Assembly: GCA_963703315.1 (NCBI GenBank)
Contig: OY969811.1
Location: 3,520,001-3,584,000 of the forward strand
DNA: 64,000 nt
Reading direction: 5' to 3'
From: an uncultured cyanobacterium
GTDB taxonomy: Bacteria; Cyanobacteriota; Cyanobacteriia; Pseudanabaenales; Pseudanabaenaceae
Shown here: one piece after another, positions 29,817 to 40,917 of the stretch
How positions within the stretch are numbered: position 1 is the stretch's first letter
Layout: every line of letters begins with the position of its first letter
Notes under the pieces: generated by a model
Seen by the model: the letters and a program-made list of their open reading frames with translations, nothing else
The model's database searches: none
Told to the model about the DNA's origin: nothing
Position numbers and translations under genes: made by a program

Positions 29817-32816
29817 ATGACTAATAATAACAATGACAACTCACAACTCAATTTTTTAATTACTCCTGAAATTAAAGATGATGAACTTTACAACATAATT
29901 AGAGAAGTTGCAGCTACATCAAATATTAAAAACATACTAGAGATTGGGTCTTCTTCTGGAGGAGGTAGTACAGAAGCTTTTGTTAGGGGAATACAAGATA
30001 ATCCATGCAAACCATCTCTACATTGCATGGAAGTATCGCAAGTTCGCTTTAATCAATTGCAGCAGACCTATTCTTATAATAGTTTTGTTAAATGTTATAA
30101 CTTGTCATCAATCGCTGTTGAAAGTTTTCCAAGTAAGTCAGAGGTAATTGAATTTTACAACAAAAATAAAACTAACCTGAATAAATATCCATTAGATGAA
30201 GTACTTAGATGGCTAGATCAAGACATTGAGTATGTTAAAAATGCTGGTGTTTCGGGAAATGGTATAAAAAAGATCAAAGACGCAAATAATATTGATTATT
30301 TTGATTTGGTATTGATAGATGGTTCTGAATTCACAGGAAATGTAGAACTAGATGAAGTATATGGCGCGAAAATAATTATTTTAGACGATGCAAACAGTTT
30401 TAAAAATTATGAATCTCACCAAAGACTATTGAAAGACGAAGACTATATTTTAGTTCGACAAAATTTTACTCTAAGAAATGGATATTCTATCTTTAAGAAA
30501 AGGGATTTAGAGCGTATTTTTTCTGAGTTGCCTATTAACTTTTTTACTATTGTTTTAAATGGAGAACCTTTTATTGAATATCACATTGAAATTTTTAAAC
30601 AACTTCCTTTTCAATGGCACTGGCATATTGTAGAAGGGGTTGCTGAGTTAAAACACGATACCGCATGGAGTATTGATTTAGGTGGAAAAGTAACAGATGA
30701 TATACACAATAAAGGTTTGAGTAAAGATGGAACGACAGAATACATAAATGCTTTAGCTCAGCAGTATCCTGAGAATATTACTATCTATAGAAAACCTGAA
30801 GGATTATTCTGGGATGGTAAAAGAGAAATGGTCGAGGCTCCTCTTCATAAAATCACAGAAGAATGTCTACTCTGGCAAGTGGATGTAGATGAGCTATGGA
30901 CAGTTGAGCAAATTTGCAAAGCAAGACAATTGTTTGTTGAAAATCCTGAAAAAACTGCTGCTTATTATTGGTGTCAATATTTTGTCGGGGAAAATTTAAT
31001 TGTTAGCACTCGTAACTGCTATAGCCAAAATCCACAACAAGAATGGTTACGAACTTGGCAATTTAAACCTGAATACACTTGGGAAGCTCATGAACCGCCT
31101 ATTTTAGTGGATTCTAACAATCAAAACGTTGCTAAAGTTAATCCTTTCTTACATGAAGAGACAGAAAAGTATGGGCTAATATTTCAGCACTATGCCTATG
31201 TTATTCCTGAGCAACTAAAATTTAAAGAAATATATTATGGATATAAGAACGCTGAATCTCAATGGCTGAAGTTACAAAAATCTGATGTCTTACCTTTGTT
31301 TTTAGGTGAATATCTGCCATGGGTAACAGATGAAACAATGGTAGATAGCGCTGAATCTTTAGGAATAGTTACTATTGCTCAGAAAAGCAATCAAAATGGT
31401 GATTGGGAGTTTTTATCGTCATTAGAAATTCAAGAGAAGTATCTCCATACAAAACAAGAGAATGTTTTCCCTGTTGTTGCTATAGATGCTGCATTTTTTC
31501 AGTTTTTAAATACAGGCATTGCTCGTGTATGGCGATCGCTATTTGAAGAATGGTTAAAGAGTGGTTTCGCAAAACATATTTTAATCTTAGATCGAGACGG
31601 AACAGCCCCTCGGATTTCAGGTATTCGCTATCGCAAAATAGCTCCTCTTGACTACAGCAAAACAGGCATTGATTCTCAAATACTCCAAAAAATATGCGAT
31701 GAAGAAGGAGTTGATATTTTTATGTCCACTTATTATACAACTCCTATTTCTACACCATCAGTATTTTTAGCTTATGACATGATTCCAGAGGTCATGAACA
31801 TTGACCTATCTATTCCTGTATGGAGAGAGAAACACTACAGTATTATTCATGCTTGTAAACACATTACTATTTCTCACAGTACTGCATCCGATGTAGCCAG
31901 ATTTTTTCCAAAAATTAATCTTGATTCTATTTCAATTGCTTATCCAGGAATCAAAGATACTTTTTCTCCAGCTTCAGAAGAAGAAATTGAGCAGTTTAAG
32001 AATAAATATCAAATATTAAAGCCTTATTTTATAGTTGTGGGCGATCGCATCGGCTGCCAAGGATATAAAAATGTCGAGTACTTCTTCAAAGCGTTTGCTC
32101 AACTAGATAATAAAAATGATTTATCTATTGTCTGTGTAGGAGGAAATCCTAACCTAGAAGCAGAAATGAGCAATTTAGTTCCTAATATCTCTACTCATGT
32201 AATTAAGCTATCAGATGAAGAATTGAAAGTTGCTTATTCAGGTGCAATTTCTTTGGTTTATCCCTCTTTATATGAAGGGTTTGGTTTACCTGTTTTAGAA
32301 GCAATGGCTTGTGGATGTCCAGTTATTGCCTGTAAAACGTCTTCTATCCCTGAAGTCGCTGGAGAAGCAGCTATATATGTAAATGGATACGATGTTAATG
32401 AACTAGTTGATGCCTTATCTAGAGTTCAAGATTCTTATTTGCGTGAGTCTTTAGTTGCAAATGGTTTAGAACAAGCAAAAAAATTCTCTTGGCAAAAAAT
32501 GGCTAAAGTAATAGAACTAGCTTTAAAAGAAGTATCTCAAAACATCAAAGAAAATACAATTGATTTAGCTTCCAATTCTTGGTTTGAGCCTCTGCGTTGT
32601 GAACAAGTCTATATGCAGAGAGAATATGAAAGGTTACAAACAGAACACAAAAAATCGTATCAACAACTACAAGGAGAGTATCAACAACTACAAGAAGAGT
32701 ATCAAAAGTTAACTCATCTAGCACGCGAAGCACTTATTAATATTAGTGCTATGGAAAGTAGTAAATTTTGGAAACTTCGTAAAGCCTGGTTTAATATCAA
32801 AAAATATTTGGTTTAA
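29817..32816 (+). CDS. Multidomain protein: SAM-methyltransferase-like + GT-A-like + GT4 glycosyltransferase + coiled coil
   Basis: [46 protein letters not shown]; 21-bp repeats at 32657-32698; [10 protein letters not shown] tail. Confidence 0.8.
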   Translation: MTNNNNDNSQLNFLITPEIKDDELYNIIREVAATSNIKNILEIGSSSGGGSTEAFVRGIQDNPCKPSLHCMEVSQVRFNQLQQTYSYNSFVKCYNLSSIAVESFPSKSEVIEFYNKNKTNLNKYPLDEVLRWLDQDIEYVKNAGVSGNGIKKIKDANNIDYFDLVLIDGSEFTGNVELDEVYGAKIIILDDANSFKNYESHQRLLKDEDYILVRQNFTLRNGYSIFKKRDLERIFSELPINFFTIVLNGEPFIEYHIEIFKQLPFQWHWHIVEGVAELKHDTAWSIDLGGKVTDDIHNKGLSKDGTTEYINALAQQYPENITIYRKPEGLFWDGKREMVEAPLHKITEECLLWQVDVDELWTVEQICKARQLFVENPEKTAAYYWCQYFVGENLIVSTRNCYSQNPQQEWLRTWQFKPEYTWEAHEPPILVDSNNQNVAKVNPFLHEETEKYGLIFQHYAYVIPEQLKFKEIYYGYKNAESQWLKLQKSDVLPLFLGEYLPWVTDETMVDSAESLGIVTIAQKSNQNGDWEFLSSLEIQEKYLHTKQENVFPVVAIDAAFFQFLNTGIARVWRSLFEEWLKSGFAKHILILDRDGTAPRISGIRYRKIAPLDYSKTGIDSQILQKICDEEGVDIFMSTYYTTPISTPSVFLAYDMIPEVMNIDLSIPVWREKHYSIIHACKHITISHSTASDVARFFPKINLDSISIAYPGIKDTFSPASEEEIEQFKNKYQILKPYFIVVGDRIGCQGYKNVEYFFKAFAQLDNKNDLSIVCVGGNPNLEAEMSNLVPNISTHVIKLSDEELKVAYSGAISLVYPSLYEGFGLPVLEAMACGCPVIACKTSSIPEVAGEAAIYVNGYDVNELVDALSRVQDSYLRESLVANGLEQAKKFSWQKMAKVIELALKEVSQNIKENTIDLASNSWFEPLRCEQVYMQREYERLQTEHKKSYQQLQGEYQQLQEEYQKLTHLAREALINISAMESSKFWKLRKAWFNIKKYLV

Positions 32817-32892
32817 AATCAGACAACACATAGCTTTAATTATAATTCAAATAATTCAAAACACATAAAATCTTTAGCATCATTGCAATCAT

Positions 32893-34512
32893 ATGAATAA
32901 AATCAACCTATTACTTAATAAATACATTAACGTTATTTTATTTATCTTGATACTCATATTTTGGCTTTGGATATTTTTTAGCACCCAAGTAGTTTTTTCG
33001 GGTTTTCATTTTATTGATGATCATGAATTAGTTAGAATACATTATGATCTAGGGCAGATGTCTTTATGGGAAACTATAGTCACGTGGATAAAAAACGATT
33101 ACACATCGGGTAGATTTAGACCATTTTTTTATTTCCATAGAGTTACAGAAACTAGCTTTTTTGGACTAAACTGGTTTAGCTTATTTTTATATAGATGCCT
33201 TCTAGCAAGTCTAACTTCATATTTGTTATTTGTATTTGGTAGCTTAATTAATTTTTCCATTCTCGAATCTTTACTATTTACTTCTTTAACTGTTTTAGGA
33301 GAGCAAACTATTACTTGGTATAGATTTGGCGTTGCTGAATCTATCGGAATGTTTTTGATTTCTATTGCTCTGTTAACTGCTGCTGTATCACCTCAGCAAA
33401 ACTATAAATCGGTAATATACAATACTATATTTACCATTAGCTTAGTCCTAGCTTCTTTGACGAAAGAGAGCTTTATTTTATTTATTCCATTCATTTTAAT
33501 ATTAAAAATTGCAATTCCTTATATCAAAGATAATATAAGTTTTAAGCAATCTTTTAAACGTGAAATAAAAGTTGTCCTTCCAATTTTTATACTCTTATTA
33601 TGTGAGACTATCTACATCAAGTTTTCTTTGGGAACTAATGCAATAGGCTATGCAGGAATTGATCAAGACACCTTTAATCCTACTAAAATCAGTGCTGTCT
33701 TATCATCAATTATCAACAACAGTTCGTTGCTAGCATGTACTATCTTATTTATTCTTTTTTTGCCATATTTTATTTTTGTAAAAAAGACAAGTACTTCTCA
33801 ACAAATATTTTACAAGTTTATAACTATTACAGCTCTGTTTGCATTATCTATAATGCCACAAATTTTATTGTATTCTAAGTCTGGCATGTCAGTTTATTAC
33901 TTGCTACCTGCCTTGATAGGAACCTCTTTATTAACTGTAGCCATAATAAATTTTATTCGTCAATACCATCGAATGATTGGTTTAATATTAGTGTCGCTTT
34001 TTCTTTTTGTTTCTCTTAATAAAATATCATCTGTTACCCTAGCTATGCGTAGTTTTGCTATAGATGGAATAGCTACCAATAAATTATTAAATGATATTGA
34101 ATTGTGCTTTAAGAACGAAGAGAAAAAAAATGTATTAATAGTTGTTAATCCCAGATTAAATTATGAGATATCTCATTCAGTCAAAAAATATTTTAATTAT
34201 GCAAAGAATATGAATAATTTTATTCTGGCAACTTATGGTTTGGAAGGTACAGATTTTTACTCAGAAACTTACAAAGAGCAAGAGAAATATTGGAAATTTA
34301 TTAATCCAAAAGAAGTAAAAAGTTTTTACAACAATAAAAGCATCAGTACATTAGAGGACAAACAAAGTATAAAAGGCGTTGTAATTTTTTCTTCGAAAGA
34401 AGATTTTATCAATACTTCAAAAGACTGGTTTTCAGAAGTATCTTTTAACAAAAATGAATATGCGTTAAATTATCAGGTTAGTGGAGTTACATTTTATTGT
34501 AAAAACTTTTAA
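32893..34512 (+). CDS. Multi-pass membrane protein, probable GT-C (GtrC-like) glycosyltransferase
   Basis: FIDDHE after first TM, GRFRP, LTKES motif, many TM helices; precedes gtrB/gtrA-like genes. Confidence 0.6.
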   Translation: MNKINLLLNKYINVILFILILIFWLWIFFSTQVVFSGFHFIDDHELVRIHYDLGQMSLWETIVTWIKNDYTSGRFRPFFYFHRVTETSFFGLNWFSLFLYRCLLASLTSYLLFVFGSLINFSILESLLFTSLTVLGEQTITWYRFGVAESIGMFLISIALLTAAVSPQQNYKSVIYNTIFTISLVLASLTKESFILFIPFILILKIAIPYIKDNISFKQSFKREIKVVLPIFILLLCETIYIKFSLGTNAIGYAGIDQDTFNPTKISAVLSSIINNSSLLACTILFILFLPYFIFVKKTSTSQQIFYKFITITALFALSIMPQILLYSKSGMSVYYLLPALIGTSLLTVAIINFIRQYHRMIGLILVSLFLFVSLNKISSVTLAMRSFAIDGIATNKLLNDIELCFKNEEKKNVLIVVNPRLNYEISHSVKKYFNYAKNMNNFILATYGLEGTDFYSETYKEQEKYWKFINPKEVKSFYNNKSISTLEDKQSIKGVVIFSSKEDFINTSKDWFSEVSFNKNEYALNYQVSGVTFYCKNF

Positions 34513-34585
34513 TTTTTTAAGCTTTAAGACTAGTGCAAAAATTGAGACAAGTTAGTAGACAATACACTTTTAAAATTTAAATATA

Positions 34586-35530
34586 ATGAAAATCACTCCA
34601 GAGCTTTCTATAATTATCCCTTGCTATCAAGAGGGTAATCACTTAAGTTTCGTATTAGAAGAGATTGTAAAATATGTTGAACCAATGCAAATTAGCTATG
34701 AGTTAGTAATTGTAGATGATGGTTCTCAAGATAGAACTTGGGAAGTTATTCAGGAACTATCTTCAATTTATACTACATTAATAGCACTAAGATTAAGCAG
34801 AAATTTTGGCAAAGAGTCTGCATTGTGTGCTGGTTTGGAAATTGCAAGAGGTCAAGCCGCAATAATAATTGATGGTGATTTGCAGCACCCACCAAATCTT
34901 ATTCCTGAAATGGTGAGCATCTGGAAAAAATTAGGTATTGAATTAGTAGAAGCAATTAAAATATCTCGCGGCAAAGAAAGTTTACTAAACAAGTTTGGTT
35001 CTAAACTCTTCTATAAATTATTAAATAATTCTTCTAGTTATAATTTACGAGGAGCTTCGGACTATAAGCTGCTGGATCGCAAAATTATTGATGCTTGGTT
35101 AAAAATGGGTGAACGTAATCTTTTCTTTAGAGGGATGGTTGCTTGGCTAGGATTTAGGAAGTATACAATTCCTTTTGAAACTCAAGAGCGTATTGCTGGA
35201 AAATCTGGCTGGTCTATCCCTAAATTAATTAGACTTGCAATTACTGGGATAACAGCATTTTCATCGCTACCTCTCCAAATTATTACATTTTTCGGGTTCG
35301 TATTTCTAGGTTTTGCGTTAGTGTTAGGTATTCAGACTCTATATCTTAAGATATTTGGTCAAGCTTTCAGTGGCTTTACAACAGTAATTATTCTCCTATT
35401 AATTATAGGAAGTTTGTTAATGATTAGTTTAGGTATTATCGGCGAATATATTGCTAGAGTTTATGAAGAAGTAAAGGGTAGACCTCGTTACGTAGTCATG
35501 GATAAGATTGATGAAAAACAAAATAAATAA
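34586..35530 (+). CDS. Polyprenyl-phosphate glycosyltransferase (GtrB/ArnC-like GT2)
   Basis: VDDGSQD, LSRNFGKE, DGDLQHPP, two C-terminal TMs, GEYIARVYEEVKGRPRY. Confidence 0.9.
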   Translation: MKITPELSIIIPCYQEGNHLSFVLEEIVKYVEPMQISYELVIVDDGSQDRTWEVIQELSSIYTTLIALRLSRNFGKESALCAGLEIARGQAAIIIDGDLQHPPNLIPEMVSIWKKLGIELVEAIKISRGKESLLNKFGSKLFYKLLNNSSSYNLRGASDYKLLDRKIIDAWLKMGERNLFFRGMVAWLGFRKYTIPFETQERIAGKSGWSIPKLIRLAITGITAFSSLPLQIITFFGFVFLGFALVLGIQTLYLKIFGQAFSGFTTVIILLLIIGSLLMISLGIIGEYIARVYEEVKGRPRYVVMDKIDEKQNK

Positions 35531-35903
35531 TAAATCAATTAAGAAATTTTCAAAATATTTTATAGTAGGAATTGTAGGAACATTTGTCCACTTCAGTATT
35601 CTTGTTTTCTTAGTAGAATTTTTAAGGTGTGATCCTATCATAAGCTCGATAGTTGGATTCATAGTAACAGTCTTAATTTCTTATTACCTAAATTACAAAT
35701 GGACTTTCAAATCTATAAAAAAACATTCAAATGTTCTTCCTCGTTATGTTGTAGTTTCAATTATTGGTTTCTGCTTAAATACTTTCATTATGTTTCTGAC
35801 AGTCAAAATCATTGGTCTTTGGTATTTGATTGGTCAGTTAATTACAGTCGTAATAATACCAATAAGTAACTTTACACTTAACTCCTATTGGTCATTCAAA
35901 TGA
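35508..35903 (+). CDS. GtrA family flippase-like protein
   Basis: 131 aa, four TMs, KYFIVG, NYKWTF, NSYWSF. Confidence 0.88.
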   Translation: MMKNKINNKSIKKFSKYFIVGIVGTFVHFSILVFLVEFLRCDPIISSIVGFIVTVLISYYLNYKWTFKSIKKHSNVLPRYVVVSIIGFCLNTFIMFLTVKIIGLWYLIGQLITVVIIPISNFTLNSYWSFK

Positions 35904-35959
35904 TAGTATACTATAGCCTTAGAAATATAAGGTGCAATCTCATTAACTAAAACTAAATC

Positions 35960-37714
35960 ATGAAAATACTTATTAACTGTATAAATTTGTTAAGTGGCTC
36001 TCAAGGTGCAGGAGGAGCGGGTAGTTATGTTTACTCTCTGATTTTAGAACTAGCTAAACTAGAAACAGTAAGAATTTTAGTTAAGCCTAATAATTTCTTA
36101 AAGTTTTCAAAAGTAAAAAATTTGCAGGTTATCCCATTAATAGATAATAACATTGAGGTTGTACATGAAAATTTATCGTGGGCAGATATTTATTTCTGTC
36201 CACTTAATGAGCTTGTCCCTCAATATATAGATAGCCGAGTTCCAGTCGTATCAACCATCTTAGACTTACAGCATGAAGTTTATCCTCATTATTTTAAAGA
36301 TGGTGTGTACGAAGGTCGCAGAGTTCACTACGGCTATGCTATTGCTAGGGCTAATGGCATTTTAACTATTTCCAATAACGAAAAATCTTTAATTCAGAAA
36401 ATATATAACAAACAAGATGTTTATGTAACCTATCTTTCTGGTTATTTAGCTGATCAATTTTCTACTGACGAAGAAAAAAACAAGCTAGAGCAAAATCAAC
36501 TTGAATTACCTCAATCTCCTTATATTATTTATCCTGCCATACCTTGGCGACATAAAAATCATCATCGATTAATTGAAGCTCTATGGATGCTTAAACAGGA
36601 AAGAAAAGAATTTAAGGAGCTAAAACTAGTTTTAACAGGGGCAGAACATAGTCTGTCATCTTCATCTTTGCAGCATCTCATTAATGCTCTACAGATACAA
36701 GATAGTATAGAGATGAAAGGATTTGTTAGCGATCTAGACTTAGCAACTTTAATAAAAAATGCTAAGTTAATGGTTTTCCCCTCTTTGTATGAGGGTTTTG
36801 GTATTCCTATTATTGATGCAATGAAATTAGGAACACCTGTTTTAACAACATCTTTTGCTGCTATTCCAGAGGTCTCTGGTGAGGCTGTTGCTTATATACA
36901 AAACCCATTAGATAGTAAACAAGTATCAAGTGACTTATATTCACTATTAATCAATAGTGAAAAGCTGGATTATTTAAGCCAAGAAGGTAAAGTAAAATCT
37001 AAATCTTACTCATCAGAAAAAACAGCTAAATCTACCCTAAGTGCTTTTCAAGACATTTTAGAGAAGCATAAAAATCAACCTAAGTTAGATTATATTAACG
37101 TAAATGCTGTGTCTCAATACAGGCATATTAACAAGCAACCAAAGTTAAGTATAATCTTAGATTGCATTAATTGCACTAATTCAGAGAAGCATAGCGAAAA
37201 ATTAGGTCATTATATTGATGAGATTTTGAGTTACCATAACAACGATTTCAAAATCATCCCAATATTATCAAATCAATCTCAATTAAAACCCTCAGGTAGT
37301 TCTATATTACCTGTTTACTATCTTCAAGAGAATGAATCATATTTTAATAACTTGTTAGATTATATCTTTGATTCTGTATTAGAGACGGAGTATGTTATTT
37401 ATTCTTCTATAGATAAATTTTTAAATTTCTACCAAAAACTTGATGTTACTGAAGCTTTAACAATTTTAGATACCTTCAATAATTTTATTGCGGTGCAATT
37501 TACACAAGAGGTTGCATACCCTACAAAAATTTCACCTCTTTCTGGGATTGAATTACTTCAAAAATACGATCAGCACAAAAATAAAAGATTGGAATTTTTT
37601 GAGTTAATGCTATTGAGAGCAAGCCACCAAAATAGAGATAATCACTTGGGTCAATTTAAGTTCTTGAGTAATTTTTTATCACAAAACCACTATCTTAAAT
37701 ATCCTATTCGCTAA
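35960..37714 (+). CDS. GT4 glycosyltransferase with C-terminal extension
   Basis: [32 protein letters not shown]. Confidence 0.88.
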   Translation: MKILINCINLLSGSQGAGGAGSYVYSLILELAKLETVRILVKPNNFLKFSKVKNLQVIPLIDNNIEVVHENLSWADIYFCPLNELVPQYIDSRVPVVSTILDLQHEVYPHYFKDGVYEGRRVHYGYAIARANGILTISNNEKSLIQKIYNKQDVYVTYLSGYLADQFSTDEEKNKLEQNQLELPQSPYIIYPAIPWRHKNHHRLIEALWMLKQERKEFKELKLVLTGAEHSLSSSSLQHLINALQIQDSIEMKGFVSDLDLATLIKNAKLMVFPSLYEGFGIPIIDAMKLGTPVLTTSFAAIPEVSGEAVAYIQNPLDSKQVSSDLYSLLINSEKLDYLSQEGKVKSKSYSSEKTAKSTLSAFQDILEKHKNQPKLDYINVNAVSQYRHINKQPKLSIILDCINCTNSEKHSEKLGHYIDEILSYHNNDFKIIPILSNQSQLKPSGSSILPVYYLQENESYFNNLLDYIFDSVLETEYVIYSSIDKFLNFYQKLDVTEALTILDTFNNFIAVQFTQEVAYPTKISPLSGIELLQKYDQHKNKRLEFFELMLLRASHQNRDNHLGQFKFLSNFLSQNHYLKYPIR

Positions 37715-37754
37715 TTTATTGTCTAAGGTAGTTTAGAAATAGAAAATCAAAAAA

Positions 37755-38711
37755 ATGACTTATATGTATGATCAACCTAAAGTTTTTGCAGTTATTCCAA
37801 CTCGTAACCGCAAGGATAAAACTTTACGGTTTTTAGAACAGTTTATTCAACAAGAGTATAACAATTTACACATTGTCTTAGTAGATGCCAATTCTACTGA
37901 TGGGACTCAAGATGCTATAGTAACCGACTATCCACAGGTGAAGTTAATCCATGTAGATGATGAATGTTATTGGACAGCTTCCACTAATCGAGGTGTTGAG
38001 TATGCTTTAGCTAATCAAGCAGATTTTATTCTAACTATTAATGATGATTCTTATGTCGGCATTAATTATATTTCTGACTTAGTTAACTTAGCATTAAAAT
38101 ATAATGTAGAGATCTTAGGAAGTCGTATTGATTATATGCACCAACCTAGCCTTATTTGGTCATTAGGAGCTTATTGTAACTGGGGGACAAGAAATATTTT
38201 GCAACTTTCCTATAATAAGTGTTGGATTGATGATCTATCTATAAATATCAAGGAAAGGGAATTAATAAAAGTTAAAGCTTTGGCGGGTAATGGAGTACTA
38301 TTCAATAAATCTGTTTTTGAAAAGATTGGATTGTACAACGAAGTGTTCTTACCTCATTATCATGCAGACTCTGAATTGATTATGAGAGCAGTCAAAAATA
38401 ATATTGAACCTTTTACGGCAGTTAACGTTGTTGTATATAACGATTGTATCGACGTTTTTCATACACATAAATATTCCTTAAAAGAGTCTTTAACTTATCC
38501 AGTTAGATATAGTAAAAACTATCTTAGTAAAAGAACTTCTGTCTATTTTCTACCTATTTTTTATGTTGTCTTTACATATTGTCCTTGGCTAAAAATATTA
38601 CCAACTTTAACTTCATTTTTCCTGATTCCTCTTTTTATTCCATTAGAAAGGACTTTAGGGATTCGATCAAAGTTAAAAAGAATAATAAAAAAGATTTCTA
38701 GTCAATTCTGA
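37755..38711 (+). CDS. GT2 glycosyltransferase (rhamnosyltransferase-like)
   Basis: VIPTRNR, VDANSTDGT, INDD, GNGVL, HYHADSE. Confidence 0.85.
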   Translation: MTYMYDQPKVFAVIPTRNRKDKTLRFLEQFIQQEYNNLHIVLVDANSTDGTQDAIVTDYPQVKLIHVDDECYWTASTNRGVEYALANQADFILTINDDSYVGINYISDLVNLALKYNVEILGSRIDYMHQPSLIWSLGAYCNWGTRNILQLSYNKCWIDDLSINIKERELIKVKALAGNGVLFNKSVFEKIGLYNEVFLPHYHADSELIMRAVKNNIEPFTAVNVVVYNDCIDVFHTHKYSLKESLTYPVRYSKNYLSKRTSVYFLPIFYVVFTYCPWLKILPTLTSFFLIPLFIPLERTLGIRSKLKRIIKKISSQF

Positions 38712-38771
38712 TATATCCTTCTACTCAATAGGGTTAGCATTGAATTTAATTTAGTAGTAAAATTATTAAGT

Positions 38772-39743
38772 ATGGGCAAAAAAGCATTGGTTACTGGACT
38801 TACTGGACAAGATGGGTCTTATCTTGCTGAATTATTAGTAGATAAAGGCTATCAAGTTTATGGACTAGTTCGTCGTTCTAGTACCAGTAATCTCGTGCGT
38901 GTTAGCCATTTTACTGATGATATCAACATTATTTCGGGTGATTTGCTAGATCAACCATCTTTAATGGATGCGATCGCCCAAGCAGAACCCGATGAAATCT
39001 ATAACCTTGCTTCCCAAAGCTATGTTCCGCTTTCTTGGACTCAGCCATCACTAACGGCGGAATATACAGCGATCGGGGTGTCGCGTTTACTAGAATCTAT
39101 CCGTCGGATTAAACCTGATGCTAAATTTTATCAGGCATCAAGTAGTGAGGTATTTGGACAACCCGATGAATCACCTCAAACTGAGAAAACAGCTTTTCGT
39201 CCTCGTAACCCATACGGTACTGCGAAAGCTTATGCTCACTGGATCACCACGAATTATCGTCAGTACTATAACCTTTATGCTTGTTGTGGAATTACATACA
39301 CCCATGAATCGCCACGCCGAGGCACTGAATTTGTTTTCCGTAAAATCACTCGTGCGGCTGCGATGATTAAGCTTGGTTTAGCTAATGAATTAAAATTGGG
39401 CAATCTTGATGCGCGTCGTGATTGGTGTCATGCTAAGGATGCGGTAGAGGCAATGTGGCTAATCATGCAGCAGGCAGACCCTGATGACTACATTATTAGT
39501 AGTGGAGAGACTCACTCGGTCAGAGAACTAGTGGATTATGCTTTTAAGTATGTCAATTTAAATTATCAAGATTACGTTTCCGTTGATCCTAATTTTTATC
39601 GACCTGATGAGCTTATTCAATTAGTAGGAAGTATTGATAAAATTCAAACTAAAATTGGTTGGAAGCCTCGGTATTCTTTTAAAGATTTAGTAGAAGTAAT
39701 GGTTGAAGAAGATCTTAAAGATCTTACTGACAATAAATCTTAA
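38772..39743 (+). CDS. gmd: Second GDP-mannose 4,6-dehydratase paralog
   Basis: [44 protein letters not shown]. Confidence 0.88.
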   Translation: MGKKALVTGLTGQDGSYLAELLVDKGYQVYGLVRRSSTSNLVRVSHFTDDINIISGDLLDQPSLMDAIAQAEPDEIYNLASQSYVPLSWTQPSLTAEYTAIGVSRLLESIRRIKPDAKFYQASSSEVFGQPDESPQTEKTAFRPRNPYGTAKAYAHWITTNYRQYYNLYACCGITYTHESPRRGTEFVFRKITRAAAMIKLGLANELKLGNLDARRDWCHAKDAVEAMWLIMQQADPDDYIISSGETHSVRELVDYAFKYVNLNYQDYVSVDPNFYRPDELIQLVGSIDKIQTKIGWKPRYSFKDLVEVMVEEDLKDLTDNKS

Positions 39744-39751
39744 TTTCCTCT

Positions 39752-40912
39752 ATGCTCAAAATTATTATTGACGTTACTCCTATTGATGATAGACCTAGTG
39801 GAGTAGGTTTATATGTTTTTAATCTTATTGAATCTTTATCACAGTTACAAATCACGGAATCTTTTGATTTAGGATTAGTCTATCAACCGAAATTAAAAAA
39901 TTGGTTGACAGGAAGATTAGATTTTCCAGAAATACTTCAACATTATTCAAATCTGTATAAAATACCTATACCTGTTCGTCTTTCTAATTTTTTTTTGGAT
40001 TACTCACCTCAGTTTTTTCCTCAATACTTTGAAGGATTGTTAGATAAACCGAATCTTTTTCATGGCACTAACTATACAGTTTATCCCTACAGAAATATTC
40101 AAAAAGTTATTAGTATTTATGACTTAAGTTTTACAAGATATCCAGATTATACTAATTCTGTTGCCAAACAATATACTAAAAGATTAATTAAGTGCTTACA
40201 ATGGACAGATCTAGTTCTTACTATTTCTGAAAGTTCTAAACAGGATATTACTAATTATTTAAATATTCCATCAGAAAAAATTTTTGTTACTCCCCTTGCC
40301 AGTCACTATAATAGTACTTTTTTAGATGGATTAAATTTAGAAGGATTAACTAGGAATATAAATTATGATTTTTCTAAACCTTATCTTTTATTTGTTAGTA
40401 CTATAGAACCAAGAAAAAATATTAATGGAATCATTCAAGCTTTTAACTTTCTAAAACAAGAATATAAAATAGAACATCAATTAGTCTTAATTGGTAAAAA
40501 AGGATGGAGCTATGAACCAATATTTGAAGCTATTAAAGACTCTCCTTGGACAGATGAAATCCATCATCTTAATTATTTATCTAATGAGTTAGTAGCATTA
40601 TTTTACTCAAGGGCTGATGTCTTTGTATATCCATCGCATTATGAAGGGTTTGGTTTGCCTGTGCTTGAAGCAATGACTTTAGGTGCGCCAGTAGTTGCTT
40701 CTAATACTTCATCAATACCAGAAGTTGCGGGAGATGCAGCACTATTAGTTGATCCTAATGATTTTATGCAGATAGCTGAAGCTATACTAAGATTAATTAG
40801 CGATCGCCAATTACGACAAGATTTAATTAACAAAGGCAAAGCTAGAGCAAGTCTCTTCTCTTGGGAAAATACCGCCAAAGAAACTTTAAAAGCTTATAGA
40901 AGTATTCTTTAA
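39752..40912 (+). CDS. GT4 glycosyltransferase (mannosyl/rhamnosyltransferase-like)
   Basis: [24 protein letters not shown]. Confidence 0.9.
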   Translation: MLKIIIDVTPIDDRPSGVGLYVFNLIESLSQLQITESFDLGLVYQPKLKNWLTGRLDFPEILQHYSNLYKIPIPVRLSNFFLDYSPQFFPQYFEGLLDKPNLFHGTNYTVYPYRNIQKVISIYDLSFTRYPDYTNSVAKQYTKRLIKCLQWTDLVLTISESSKQDITNYLNIPSEKIFVTPLASHYNSTFLDGLNLEGLTRNINYDFSKPYLLFVSTIEPRKNINGIIQAFNFLKQEYKIEHQLVLIGKKGWSYEPIFEAIKDSPWTDEIHHLNYLSNELVALFYSRADVFVYPSHYEGFGLPVLEAMTLGAPVVASNTSSIPEVAGDAALLVDPNDFMQIAEAILRLISDRQLRQDLINKGKARASLFSWENTAKETLKAYRSIL

Positions 40913-40917
40913 CAAAG

